DNA of 63,995 bases, counting the filler, from Octopus bimaculoides (Eukaryota), in assembly GCF_001194135.2 (NCBI RefSeq). It is 7 parts of 5 records of this genome, joined end to end, with 100 filler letters (N's around TTAATTAATTAA, not from the genome) between each part and the next. Parts side by side here need not be neighbours in the genome. Positions count along the whole stretch, not along the records: positions 10,724 to 26,499 come from NC_068996.1; 6 more parts are not named here. One strand, 5' to 3'. The notes under the pieces were generated by a model. It saw nothing but the letters and a program-made list of their open reading frames with translations, searched no databases and was not told the origin of the DNA. Positions 13,051 to 26,309 of this stretch are shown piece after piece (positions within the stretch are counted from its first letter, which is position 1; every line of letters starts with the position of its first letter). The position numbers and the translations under genes were made by a program.

Positions 13051-13197
13051 ACGGCGGCCTTCTTTCACTTTCTGTCCACCAAATCCACTCTTAAGGCTTT
13101 GATCGGCCCGAAGCTATAGTAGAAGCCACTTGCCCAAGGTGCCACGCAGTAGGACTGAACTCGGAACCATGGTTGGGAAGCAAACCTCTCACCACAT
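13051..13197 (-). mobile_element. tRNA-derived SINE, 5' part
   Basis: The reverse complement reads TGTGGTGAGAGGTTTGCTTCCCAACCATGGTTCCGAGTTCAGTCCTACTGCGTGGCACCTTGGGCAAGTG...; same family as 14321 and 39611. Confidence 0.85.
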
Positions 13198-14320
13198 ATA
13201 AGCGCCGAGTGAGTTGGTATTATAAGGGACTTCTCCAGTTCTTGGCCAAAGCTTGGCCTTTCTCCTATTTTTCCAACAACTTCTGTTGTGACTACATGGA
13301 ATTGATTGCGTAATTTTTCTTCATGTCCTTTATTGTATTATTGTTGTTGTTGTTGTCGTCATCATCGGTGGCGGAGATGTTGGTGGAGTCAACATCATAA
13401 TTTTTGGAATAGACAAAATTAAGTGTCCCGAAGTGTTTACACCTATGTACAGTCACATTTCAAATATAATTGAGAAAAAAATTACATTTCATCCCTCTGT
13501 TGCTCTCTCTGTTTCTCTCTCTCTCTCCCTCTCTCTCTCTCTCTCTCCATCTCTCCCTCTCATACATACATATGCAGATAATCGATTGAATCTGCTTAAA
13601 TATTTGTATCTTTGTGTTTATACAAGAAAACCGTTAATTTATATTAAATAATCATAACCCTCTGCGGGATTTGTTTTCAGATTATCTAAGCAGTTTCTAG
13701 TTTAAGCCCACTACACATTGCATCTGTAAATATTAAAGTAATGTGTAATAGATTAATCTACCATACACTTTTGTCCATAAATTTGTCATTGATATATAGA
13801 AGTTAAGATGTCAAACAAGTGAAATGTCAATTATAAAATACTGAAAAAATACATTGAGTACAAATACAAAACTATGAGAGCATACTAGCTCCACTGACTT
13901 CAAGTCAGGCACTGCCTTTGTAGACACCTCTGTTTCAATCTGCCGCTGTTTTTTAATGGAAAAGATACGACAGTACCCCATCACCTTCGCAGTCTCTCTG
14001 AGTCTGCTAACATTCGTCCCTTTAAGGTTCCACTATAGGGGAAACATAAGCAGTGAAGCAGTGAATAAATTTCAGAAGGCCAACGGCCTGGAAAGAAACG
14101 ACTGAGCAAAGCTGTTGGTGCAGAACTTGGGAATATGTAAACCCAAGCATCTCTAGATCTTTGGAATTTGACTATATGTGTGTGTATGTGTTGTGTTTGA
14201 TTGTGGGTGTTTGTGTGTATGGGCTTGTGTGAGTATGGGTGTGTGTATGTGTCTGCGCGCGTGTGTATAGGTGTGTGTGTGTGTATGTATGGGTGTGTGT
14301 GTGCATGTATGCGTGTGTTT

Positions 14321-14480
14321 AGGTGCAAGTGTGACTCTGGTAAGAAACGTGCTTCCCAACCACATGTTTCTGGGTTCACTCCCTCTGCGTGGCCCCTTGA
14401 ACAAAACTTTTATAGTATAGCCTCGGGGCGAACAAAGCCTTGTGAGTGGATTTGGTAGACAGGAACTGAAAGAAGCATGT
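14321..14480 (+). mobile_element. tRNA-derived SINE, 5' part
   Basis: TGGTAAGAAACGTGCTTCCCAACCACATG...GGGTTCACTCCC...TATAGCCTCGGG...AAAGCCTTGTGAGTGGATTTGGTAGAC. Confidence 0.85.
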
Positions 14481-14552
14481 TGTATGTATATGTATATATA
14501 TGTATTTCTATGTGCATGTGTGTGTATTTGTGTCCAACCACCACTGCTTGAT

Positions 14553-14616
<64 letters not shown>

Positions 14617-14780
14617 TGTACGTACGCATGTATGTATTTATGTATGTATGTATGTAGGTAGGTAGGTAGGCAAAATAGAGTAATGCAAGGAGAAACGAGA
14701 TTCCAGAGCGCCAGAAACCAGATACCACCTGACCATTGAGTTCCTAAAAGAAGAAAGTTTTGTTATATTGGTAGAAAAGG

Positions 14781-14824
<44 letters not shown>

Positions 14825-15269
14825 GAGAGGGAGGGGAGTGGAGAGAGGAGGGGAAAGAGTAGGGAAGAGAGAGTGAGAGAGAGTGAGAGACTACGTATGA
14901 GATAGTTTGTAACTCACGCCAAGTAGACCAATGAATTTTGTTTGGACGATGTTTTCGATGCTATTTACTTAGAAACAGTTCCGTTCTAGATATGGAATTA
15001 AGAATACAACACCGGGAGTCAAAGAAAATTTAATGAGAGGTTTTTAGGTTGCATATAGGTGAAGTTTGAATGCAGTTTTTCGGGAGAAATGAAGAAAATT
15101 ATGTGTATCGAGCCTGCGTTGTTAGGAGTGAGGCCAAAATTATTGATGATGCATAAAAAGAATGGTGCGAGCGACAAAGCCAAACCAAGATGATACAATG
15201 CATCATTTTGGTCTTGGGAAATACCATCACACTAAAAAGATTGCTGCATTAAAATAGTCGATGCCGATA

Positions 15270-15505
15270 GAGCGAGTGGCTTAGTGGTTAGGGTGTTGGA
15301 CTCATGAGCGTAAGATTGTGGCTTCGATTCCTGGACCGGGCGATGCATTGTGACCTTGAGCAAAACACATTAATTTCACGTTGCTCCAATCCACTCGGCA
15401 AAAATGAGTAATTCTATGACGGACTGGCATCCGGTTCAGGTGGAGGATATACATGCCGGAAAACCACCCCTTATGAGTTTATATGAATTTGGAAGGGACT
15501 TTACT
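15270..15505 (+). mobile_element. tRNA-derived SINE (head B + core + GGACTGGCATCC tail)
   Basis: A box TGGCTTAGTGGTTAG, B-box-like GCTTCGATTCC, core TTGAGCAAAACAC...CACGTTGCTCCA. Confidence 0.85.
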
Positions 15506-16239
15506 TTGCTTCAACTGATGTAGCAATCATTTTCGTAAAAAGATTCAAATAAAAAAGGTATAAAATTTTGGTTTTATTGAATGTAACATCGGATTTCATT
15601 TTATGAAAGCTGCACTCGTATACTTTAAGAACCATAAACATGATTCAAGGTGATTCAGAAGGTTGTTATTTAAAACGATTCTGGATTATTTTTAAGATGT
15701 GGGAGATGAGTGCAGTAAGACTGTAGTCGGAATGTGTAACTCAATCGTATATCTAACGGTCGGTATGTACTCAACAGAGAAGGAGACAGAAGGTTTAGGG
15801 AGTTCGATGAACATAACTATGTGAAATAATTTTTAATGTTAATGAATGTAAAGTCCAAAGCCAATGGCATTATTGCTTTGCGTCAGCCAGGGGGTACTTT
15901 CGCTAGAGGCGGGTATGTGTACATAGTATTAAAACTGAAGGAGTAAGGTGAAACGATAACTTTGGATTTACCAAAGCGAATGTATTCAAATATTAGTTCA
16001 GAGCTGTATCAACTTTTCGCTACATAACTGATAGCAAAATAAATAACATCCTTTGGAAGTTAATTAGAAGAAACCAGATTACGAAACTATTTTATTGGAT
16101 AAATATAAGTAGTTTTCTAATGTTATCATTGGGTTGAATATATTCGTGCATTTTTTGGTTTGCTTTGTCTTCAGATTTTGAAAAAAACTGCACAAACATG
16201 TCGATTATGCTAATCTACACACCTGCTGAATACGTCACA

Positions 16240-16786
16240 CAGGAACGCATGAGCACGAACACACACACATACACCACCAACACACATATATGTATATGCA
16301 TACACACATGCACACGCACATATATACATAGATATTTATATACGTGTATGATTTTATGTTTATACATACATTATATACATACTTTATATACGTATATATA
16401 TTTATATACACACACATATGTGTAGATTTATACATATATTATATCTATACATACACAAATACACACACACACACGCATATATGTATATACAAACATATAT
16501 TTATGCATATTTACATGTATTGCACATATATATATCTATGCGTGTATATTACTACATATATTATATATGTATATATATATATGTGTGTGTGCGTGTCTGT
16601 GTGTGTGTGTGTTTGTATATAATATTTGTGTAAATTTACACATGCACAATACATGCGTATACACACATTTACATGCTTATATATATATATGTACGTATTT
16701 ATACATACATATACATATATATATATACATGCATATATACATATATACATGCATACATATATACATAAATACATGCATACATATAT
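16240..16786. repeat. Degenerate (TA/CA/TG) low-complexity tract
   Basis: Direct read; source of many spurious ORFs. Confidence 0.9.
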
Positions 16787-17441
16787 NNNNNNNNNNNNNN
16801 NNNNNNNNNNNNNNNNNNNNNNNNNNNNNNNNNNNNNNNNNNNNNNNNNNNNNNNNNNNNNNNNNNNNNNNNNNNNNNNNNNNNNNNNNNNNNNNNNNNN
16901 NNNNNNNNNNNNNNNNNNNNNNNNNNNNNNNNNNNNNNNNNNNNNNNNNNNNNNNNNNNNNNNNNNNNNNNNNNNNNNNNNNNNNNNNNNNNNNNNNNNN
17001 NNNNNNNNNNNNNNNNNNNNNNNNNNNNNNNNNNNNNNNNNNNNNNNNNNNNNNNNNNNNNNNNNNNNNNNNNNNNNNNNNNNNNNNNNNNNNNNNNNNN
17101 NNNNNNNNNNNNNNNNNNNNNNNNNNNNNNNNNNNNNNNNNNNNNNNNNNNNNNNNNNNNNNNNNNNNNNNNNNNNNNNNNNNNNNNNNNNNNNNNNNNN
17201 NNNNNNNNNNNNNNNNNNNNNNNNNNNNNNNNNNNNNNNNNNNNNNNNNNNNNNNNNNNNNNNNNNNNNNNNNNNNNNNNNNNNNNNNNNNNNNNNNNNN
17301 NNNNNNNNNNNNNNNNNNNNNNNNNNNNNNNNNNNNNNNNNNNNNNNNNNNNNNNNNNNNNNNNNNNNNNNNNNNNNNNNNNNNNNNNNNNNNNNNNNNN
17401 NNNNNNNNNNNNNNNNNNNNNNNNNNNNNNNNNNNNNNNNN

Positions 17442-17474
<33 letters not shown>

Positions 17475-17820
17475 CATCAAAGCAACAGAGAAAGAAAGAA
17501 GAAGAAAAAACAAGAACGGGAGGACGAAATAGATGCAAAGTATTCATAACACGCACAGGAAAGGGAAAACAGAGTGTTTTGCGTTTCAAGCAAAACTCTT
17601 CTTCAGAGGAGACAAAGGGAAGTCCAAAAGTAAAAGAAGATGGAGGAAAAAAAATCGTCAACCTTCCACATGTAATTACATGATGTACGTATAGATATCC
17701 ATGCATATGCATATATTTATATACACACATATATGTGCGTACATGTATATATATATATAAATGCATATATATATATACATATATACATATATATATGTAT
17801 ATATATATATNNNNNNNNNN

Positions 17821-17858
<38 letters not shown>

Positions 17859-18301
17859 GAGAGAGAGATAAAAGTAGCACCTGGTGAAGACATTCAAATC
17901 AAGAATCGGACAACATGGCCCACTCATGTAGATAGTTATTGTTTACGGAAACAAATCCGGGTGTACGGGGTTTATCTGGGATTTTTTGAAAGAATTTGTT
18001 CAAAGACGTGATCTGTTTTTACTCTAATGTGTTTTGGTGTAATATTAGATATTGGAACCATTTAACGTGAAATAATTGTTCTGTATTGTTGTTATGAGAT
18101 GCGAGTGTGATTTATGTTGTGGGCGGAATTGTACTGAGCCAAGCCTTGTGTGTATCTTAAATGTGATACAAACATCATTAGGTCAATGCAAATGGAATAT
18201 TTTCCACATCAAACAGGTGAGAATAAAGGCTGAGCGTTTCTATTCGATCCAAATAGACAAGGCCTGCCGTGCCATTTATAGTTTCACCTGAAGAAATGGA
18301 G

Positions 18302-18354
<53 letters not shown>

Positions 18355-18419
18355 ATGTATGTGTGTGTATATGTATGTATGTCTGTAAGTATATATATAT
18401 ATGTGTGTGTGTGTGTATG

Positions 18420-18800
18420 TGTGTATATAGTGTTTGTCTACTCCTTATGCATAGTCTGACCACCTTATGTCCATAATGGCGTCTGATGTGGCCGTTTGAA
18501 CCAGACAATGTATGGAAAAGATTCCCACATAGATTGCAGTTAAGTTCTGATCTTTGTGGATTTTAAAATGTCTTTGAAGCTTCCATCTGTGTCTGGAATA
18601 AAAAGGCCCCATTTTATTTTTAAAATGTGGTGAAGGAATTTTTGGTGGAAGCGTTCTAACAATTTGAAATGTTTTTCATAACACATCCATGTTTCAAATG
18701 AATGCAACAAGGATGGTAAGAGAAGCGATTTGTAAAGAACCAATTTTTTGTTATTATTTATATGTCGTTGGCGCAAAATGCGTGACTCCCTCTCCATATT
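18420..18800 (-). mobile_element. RTE/BovB-like LINE fragment (RT C-terminus and C-terminal Cys/His motif, internally deleted)
   Basis: KLVLYKSLLLPSLLHSFETWMCYEKHFKLLERFHQKFLHHILKIKW matches the RTE LLYG.ETW...LE.FHQ.CLR.IL.I.W block; then CNLCGNLFHTLSGSNGHIRRH. Confidence 0.8.
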
Positions 18801-18809
18801 AGAGTTTGT

Positions 18810-19345
18810 GTAGAGTTTGTCAGAGCCTCCATCTACCTGGGTCCCACAGTCAACAGAAATGGAGACTTGACACCGGAGATTAACCCCAGGTGTGACCTGG
18901 CCGTCGGGTTCGTGTTTTCCTTATGGAAACCCCTTTGATGTCGCTGCTCTTTTTCTCCTGGAACACGAAATTCCTCATCTACATCGGTCTCCTCTCACGA
19001 TCGAGGACCATCGTGAACATAAGATAGTACCATCATGTTTCCAACAAAGAACTGGGTCTGCGCACGTATCAGCCCGCAATCTCTCATCTCGTAGCTATCT
19101 GCTACACGCGCTCCTACGGGGACTGTCCTCAGCTTCCCTCTAGATCGTCCTCTAGGGCATTATTAGTCGTGTTCAGCGCAGTAACTGCAGGTAAAAAGAA
19201 GCTTCATGGCAGGCCTCGCACCAGATGGCTGGACCTGATTAAGCATGATCTGCAGAGGCTCAACTTCGTCTTGGAGGCTATAGAGAGGCTGACACGGGAC
19301 CGCAAGAGATGGGGATCACTAGTGAACCTGGTCGGTTCTACGCAT
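18810..19345 (+). mobile_element. RTE-clade LINE 3' fragment (different family from the adjacent one)
   Basis: IYLGPTVNRNGDLTPEI, IVNIR*YHHVSNKEL and GRPRTRWLDLIKHDL...LTRDRKRWGSLV motifs. Confidence 0.75.
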
Positions 19346-22300
19346 GATGGATCCTCTGTGGCCGCTCACCTTGGATTACTCAACTCCTATAAAGTAAGAG
19401 CACAACGTAAGCAAGCTTCCTCAATTTGCCACAAGAGGAAATTCTCCAGTCGAAAAAATCTATGATCGAAGGTGGAGTATTTGTTCGTGAATTTCTGTGA
19501 TTGTGCTTATGTGTAATTTAAATGGCCATCGGTAATGATTGATGACAAGTATCTTTTAAGATGCGATTTGTGGTTGTTATGACATAAGATTCTGTTGCTG
19601 TTCCATTTGTGCTGATCTCTTTTCATACTGAACTGTTGCTGCCGTTGCTTTCATATTCATAATTAATGTTGTTGCTTTTGCTACTAAAGTTATTGTTATT
19701 ACTACTATTATATTTCCATGTTGTTATTGATGTTGTAGTTGTGATGTAAGCCGCCACCGCATCCATACATTCGCCTTCTGATGCAGATAAAATGCTTTCG
19801 GGCTGTTGATATTTCCACATACGTGGCACTTGTTCACTCATAGTTCAATTCAATTTAGCAACTGAATTATATTCGGAATTTTTTTCCATGTATTCTGGTT
19901 CCACCTGTAAAAGCATTTCCAGTCTTATCACTTAGCCAGTTCTCCTGGTTAATGTTTAACATCCAGAAGAATGCCACTTCTTCCTTCGAGGACAAGGTAC
20001 AGCACAACTACACACTAAATTGTTTCTTGAGGCACACCGGGTATTTTTACCATCATTATCTGTCTTTCAAGTTTAGTATTAATGTGAATAAATTTTGGAA
20101 TATTTATGACTGAGGACATCCTTAGAAAATTATACTTCGACGCTGACGTCGAATAGTCAACTCTGATGATGAAGTCCATATTCACGTACATTTCTCACAA
20201 CCATTTTTTCCCCACTTTGGCGTTTGTGGCAAAGATGTGCACTTCGTACCATTAGTTCTGCAGCCGCTTTGGTCACGTTTGTAGTGGTGGTGTCGCTGTT
20301 GAACTTTGCAACAGTAGATTCGTAGAATTTTGCGTGTTGTTATTTTCATTTTTGTAGCGCTGGTATTGGTGGTGATGGCACTTATCTTGTCCTCTTTCTT
20401 TTGCAGAACTCTACATAGTCTACTATGCCATATTTCCTCCAGAGCGACTATGATCTGGTACTCGAGATTGGTATGGTGGCTCTATTTACTAATGTGTGAC
20501 TTGCAATAGTTTTATTCCTGAGCATTTCGTTCCTAACATATACATTAATCTGAGTTGGCAAATTACCTAATGTTCTAATTCTGAAAAGCAACTAATATTA
20601 GTGTCGGATGTACACAGTGTACGGATTAATTGTAATTATAACAATGGTAAAAAAAGCCTTTCTAGTTTCCTACATCTCATGTCACATATTTTGATCAGTG
20701 AGCTTAATGTATCAGTGAGCTGATGCATCAGTAAAACCCAAACACCAGGAAAGAAAGCCATCTAGACACAAAGAAAATTACCATCATCATTATAAAAGAA
20801 GCTCAGCGTTTAAAATAAACACACTCTTACACTCTGAAGTGAACTATCTATAAAATGTGCAAAAAAATTCGTCAATGAATATTAACCAGATAAAGCTTCT
20901 TTTTTTTTTTCTGGAATTAAGAACACAACAAACATAAAGTGAAAAGACAAAACCTTTTTAAAAATTCCGAAATAAGAAGTATTACAACAGTGACCAGCTT
21001 TCTTTGGCAAGAGAAAATTACCAGGTACGAGTATTTAACTACATTTTAATACTCCTAGAAGAAGATAATCTCATAGCTGAATTATAATAAAATAATAAAG
21101 TATTCGGAGACTGAAGGAGTCAGAAACATGTGGGTGATACTTTAAAATGATTCTTTAACTCCAACTTACAAAGAAGCGGCTTGTCGAGATGCAAATTTTG
21201 ATCACTCATGTTAACGGCTTGAATGATATTAATAAGGGCAGTATCTGCATTTATTTATTTATTTATTTTTACTTTCCAACATTTCAAAATCAAGTTTCGG
21301 TGGCATTTATAAAGCACAATAAAAAAAATCTGAATACATAAACAAAAATGAAAAAAAAAAACCCCAAAAAAACAACAACAATGACTTCGGCAAACCAGAG
21401 AAAAATAAACAAAACTATAAAGTCAATAAAATATTACAATAACGGCGTTTTCGTAAAATTGGTTTCTTTCCATTATTCACTTAAAATGACGTTGTCCAGT
21501 GTACGAATATGTGTATTATTTTCTGCATGTTGTAGTATTTGTCAAAAAAACATTCAGTTCACCCCAGTGTATCCTTTCTCACTTTTACGGTTTAATTACA
21601 TAATATATTTTAAAGTATTTTATTAAATTAAACATATTATTAAAATAATTTGAGATAAGTTAAGCGATAATGATAATTATTTTCAACGTGAGCTTAGTTA
21701 TTCATATGTTAAGGAAAATAGATGCAACTGAAGAATATTTTCAAATATATTTAGTTTCTTACAAATTTCTACAGACGACCATTTTGTCATATCATACCTC
21801 GACGGTGGAAACAGCTAAATGATAAGTAATAATCAATAAGAATGAATGATATTTTACCTTAAAACTACATTGTGACATTCATACTAGGAGGAAACTAGGA
21901 GCAAAATGATAATTGAATTTGTTTTAGTATAAAATAAAAATTAACATAAAATATGAGGAATAAATAAATTCCAAACAATTTTTCACTGATACGAACTTCA
22001 AGTAACTGATAGGGCGTTCAATAGCAAAAACAACTTAAGAATGTATTTACTGTTTTCCATGCCGGTAGGTTACGCCAGTTTCTGGTTGTTTTTCCAAGAG
22101 TGCAGACATGTAGTCAATGGATAGTTGACGCTTACATGCATTTATTTATATATCTAATTATAGGTTCAAAGAAAGATTGTTAGGCCAAGATGTTTATACA
22201 TGAAATGAATAGAAGACTTAGGAAGTGAAAATTATCAATATTACATGTAAAAATTGGGAGATGATCATGTTTTATGAAATGGAAGATTTTAAATGTAGTA

Positions 22301-23569
22301 TATGTTATTGTTTCAAATGAATATGAAGTCATGGAATTAATTGCTACATACATTTATTGTTAGAAGAATTAAAATCATAGCAAAACAATCACTTTAAACC
22401 AGAGAAACCTAGTAAATGAAAACTGAATTATTTTTTTATAAATATGTCCTTTTTAGGGTCAGTAATTATAAAAGTTAATCAGCATAATTGTTGGATGATT
22501 TATCAAAAGAGAATGTTTTAGATTCTTTTGGATACTAAAGATAAAATAATGCTTCAAGTCAAAGAGGAACCTATTTTAACTTCCAGGAATATACGATATT
22601 TTATACAAATACTTTTGTATAAAATATGTTATTTACAGATTAGAAGTGATATATTTTTATCGTAGTAATTTTTTTAAAAATGCTAGTAAACATTACTTAA
22701 TTTCTGGTTCATCTAAGCTCTGTATAAATGTTTAAACTTAAATCAGTGAAAGAGAGAATCAAATGCAAATGAAAGAATACATTTCTGTATTTTTAAAAAG
22801 AAGTCAAATCATCAGAAATGATCAACAGTTCATAAGTACAGACCACTCAGTTGAATAATTCTTAGAAAACAATTAAAAATATTTAACCCCCCCCCCCCGA
22901 AAAAAAAATAGCATAATCATTTCAGCAGATGGTCTTTCTATAACTTTCAATAGACAATCATAATATATATGTCGTTATCAGTTTGCTAACTTTGAGAAAT
23001 ATTTTACATATATCGGCAAAAATTGCTTTACCGACGTCATATATATATATACAGAAAGATCTCAATTTTTATTATTATTATTATCATTATTATCATTATT
23101 ATCATTATCATTATTATTATTTTATTTATTTATTATTTTTTTTACATCAGACAAGATATCAAGTGAAAAATTAGTTTCTTATTTTGGAGGTGTGGAAAGT
23201 TAGATCCATAGATTTCAGCCGTCATTGCATTTATAGATAGTCGTAAACGTTTGTCATATTTATACAACTTCAATGTGGGCAAGAAAAGCAGATTGAGTAG
23301 ACTATAATTTCAATCATCTTTATATTCTTGTCAGCCTACTTTTATCTGGCCATTGTGAAACTGTATTTAAAGCCAGCGCATTTAAATAATAATTTATGGA
23401 TTCACTCCACAGTAATATTTAGTTTAAATAACAAACATTGCTGACAATTCAGAAATTCATTTAATATAAATAATAGTCAAATTGTAACGAGCATTCTAAC
23501 CTGTGTACTTGATTTAGTTATAAGTTCGTATTTAGTAAGTTAAACGAATTGGTTCAAGCGTCGGGTTGA

Positions 23570-23690
23570 ATGTCGCGGTATTTATATCATTTTTTGCGCT
23601 CTGAACTTAAATCCTGCCGTGTCAACTTTGCATTCATCCTTTCGAAGTCGATAAAAAAGCACCCATTAAGCACAGTAGATTAGGGAATCT
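23570..23690 (+). mobile_element. Degenerate SINE with Meta/MESC-like core
   Basis: TCAACTTTGCATTCATCCTTTCGAAGTCGATAAAAAAGCACC resembles the core of the 30935 and 40650 copies. Confidence 0.55.
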
Positions 23691-24024
23691 GTAAGAAGTC
23701 GGACTGCGTCATATATTCAGACTCATTGTTTTCTGAGGTCAAGTCCCATACGTGGATGGCAAATATGACACGTCGTCCTGTTTAACAGACTTACGTGAAA
23801 TCTTAGACAAAGTTTCTGGTTTGGGGATATATTTTTCCAACATTAATCTCAGAGGCCCTAAAATGGACTACACGTGTTGTCGACTCTCTTGACAAAAATA
23901 TAAAAATGTATAGGGCAAGTAGTGGTTGGTAAGAATGAAAAGATATTTGACGCTACATTTCAGTTGATCATTGCCTACCTGTACACAGAAGTTGTATGTG
24001 ACAGACATTTACAACTGTCTAATG

Positions 24025-26253
24025 CAGGGGTGTGCAACATTTTTCATTGGCAAACCACTTTCGAACATTAGAACAATAATTGGGGTCAGTCACTGTAAAA
24101 AAAAAAAAACATGTAATCTAATGGCAACTAGTGTATTGAATTATGAATACATTGTGAATACATTTTTAAACAATAAAGACAAATAAAATTAAGCTTAGTT
24201 TTATAAATGTGAGACTTGGTATTTTGTGTTTTTGCACAATTTATCAATGTCCGCTTTGACTGATGTGGTGGCAGCTCGAAGCTGACTGGTCGGGTGTTCA
24301 ACTGTGAGCTGACTTCGGTATCTGTTTCTAGTAAATTTCATTCTTGAGAAGAACTGCTCACAGCAATATGTGCTGCCAAAAGTGGATGCCATTTTCCTAG
24401 CATGTTGCTCCAAATTTGGATTCATAATTTTTGTAGATAGCTACCAAGTCATTGCTATCATATGCTCTTCTCAAGTTTATATCAGACCGCAAATTTATCA
24501 GCTCGATTTGGCACCAATCAGGACTGTCCTCAGGTGCTATGTCAAATGACCGAGAAAACAGCTTGAACTCAGCTTCACATTTCCTGAAATTCTCAAATCT
24601 GCTTGTAAATTCAGCATACAACCTGCCAATACATTCAGCATATTTGGAGCGATCCAAATCTAGAATTTCTGCTTTTTTGACAGTGAGACTGGGAAAATGA
24701 GTGAGTGTTGTTCTACTCAGCTGAATCGGAAAAAAGTTGTAGTTTCTTTTCAAAGGAACAAATGTGTTCAAACCTCTTGTTCACCAGCAGATCCTTACCT
24801 TGCAGTTAAACATTTAAATCTGAAATATGTTGCGTGAAGTCAATTAGGAAAGCAGTGTCATTTAACCAGTCATTCTCATTTAAATAAGCAACATATTGTT
24901 GCATATTTATCATGAATAGTCCAATCTTCTTTCTTAGATTCCAAAATAATTTCAAAGTAGCAGATCTACTGAGCAAACGCACTGCAGAGAAGCACGGGAC
25001 GTCAGGATAATCTGAGTCAAGTTCTTTTAAGAAGGCCTTAATTTGCCGATGATTTAGTCCATGACCATGAATGTAGTCTTTTCTGGTGTATAAGGCAGTG
25101 ATTCACCACAACATCTTGCGATCCGATGGTATCCAAAAATTTCTTGGTGAATCCATTGGTTCTACCTGTCACTGAGGGTGCTTCATCAGTTGTCAGGCCA
25201 CACAGTTTAGAAGTGCCAAGTTGAAACTTATCCCTCAACTTCAAGAATTGTTCACTAATGTATTGTCCAGTGGTTGTTGAAGACTATTCGCCATGTCCAA
25301 AAATTCTTCAGTTATTTCAAAATTATCAATAACACCTCGTACAAATACAACCAATTGAGCTGTGCTACTTATGTCTGTGCTTTCATCAAGAGCCAATGTA
25401 TATGTTGCAAATCTATTTATCTTCCGCTTTAAAGTCTCTTTGATATTCTCTGCGAGTTGATTTATTCTGCGCAACACAGTAAAACGAGACAAACTGTTTT
25501 GCTGCAATAAATGTTTCTTTTCGGGACATGCAAAATCATTAAATATGACCAAGCAACTTCTTATGAATTTCCCATCACTGCAATTGATTAACAGATTTTG
25601 AAGTTAAGCATTGTTACAGGCTCAGAGTCTTTCTTATAGTACATAAATACTCTCTACTGCTTCTTAATTGACTTGTTTTAGTTTGTCCACTCGAGCTTGA
25701 CCTATCAATGTGTCATATACGGATGAATGACATATAATGACGTTTAATGTTGTATTCCTTCATTACGGCTATTGTAGTTTGGGAACATATACAACACATT
25801 TGTTGAGCTGAACGACCAAATATTTGTTGCTCCAGTCAATGTTGAATATTCTTCCCTCATCATCAACTTCCCGTTTTTTAGCAGTAGACATCTTTACCTG
25901 CATAAAATATGAAAAAATATTAAAACATTTTGAATTATCACAAGGGCAAAAAGGAAGAACTCAAAGAATGCAATTTTGTAAAAACATGAATTGATGGTTT
26001 GTCTTCTTGCAACTATAAGAAATGAATAATAAATTCAAAACAAAGTCTCTTTGTGTAGCACGCTTGAAAGTCAAAATTGCGATGTCCTTGACATTTTGAA
26101 AGGTCGAATCGAAAACTGTAAAATTTGTCTTATGGCAACGAAAAAATTTCAAAATTAACATACGAGGTTAAATTCAAAACGGTTAATGATGGTCACACTG
26201 ACTGGCATGGAGGGCTGGGTTGTGGCCCACAGGCCGCCTGTTGCCCATCCTTG
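24025..26253 (-). mobile_element. hAT DNA transposon (Charlie/SPIN/GTF2IRD2-like), near full length, transposase disrupted
   Basis: TIRs CAGGGGTGTGCAAC and (reverse complement) CAAGGATGGGCAAC; 8-bp flanks GTCTAATG and ATTTAATA (5/8 match, degenerate TSD). Transposase runs from an ATG at 25891 (MSTAKKREVDDEGRIFN) through LALDESTDISSTAQL, LTTDEAPSVTG and HCLIHQ to the dimerisation motif FGSTYCCEQFFSRMK...RSQLT, ending at 24201, with multiple frameshifts and stops. Confidence 0.93.
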
Positions 26254-26309
26254 ATTTAATATATATCATAGATTTATACAGTTCTATATTTAAGAGATTA
26301 GGAATTATG

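Noticed and set aside
19623-19904. Minus-strand frame with an in-frame TGA (VEPEYMEKNSEYNSVAKLN*TMSEQVP...) as a possible selenoprotein or readthrough exon
   Set aside because: No SECIS-like AUGA/GA stem seen downstream, the peptide is partly AAC/AAT low-complexity, and no homology is recognised.
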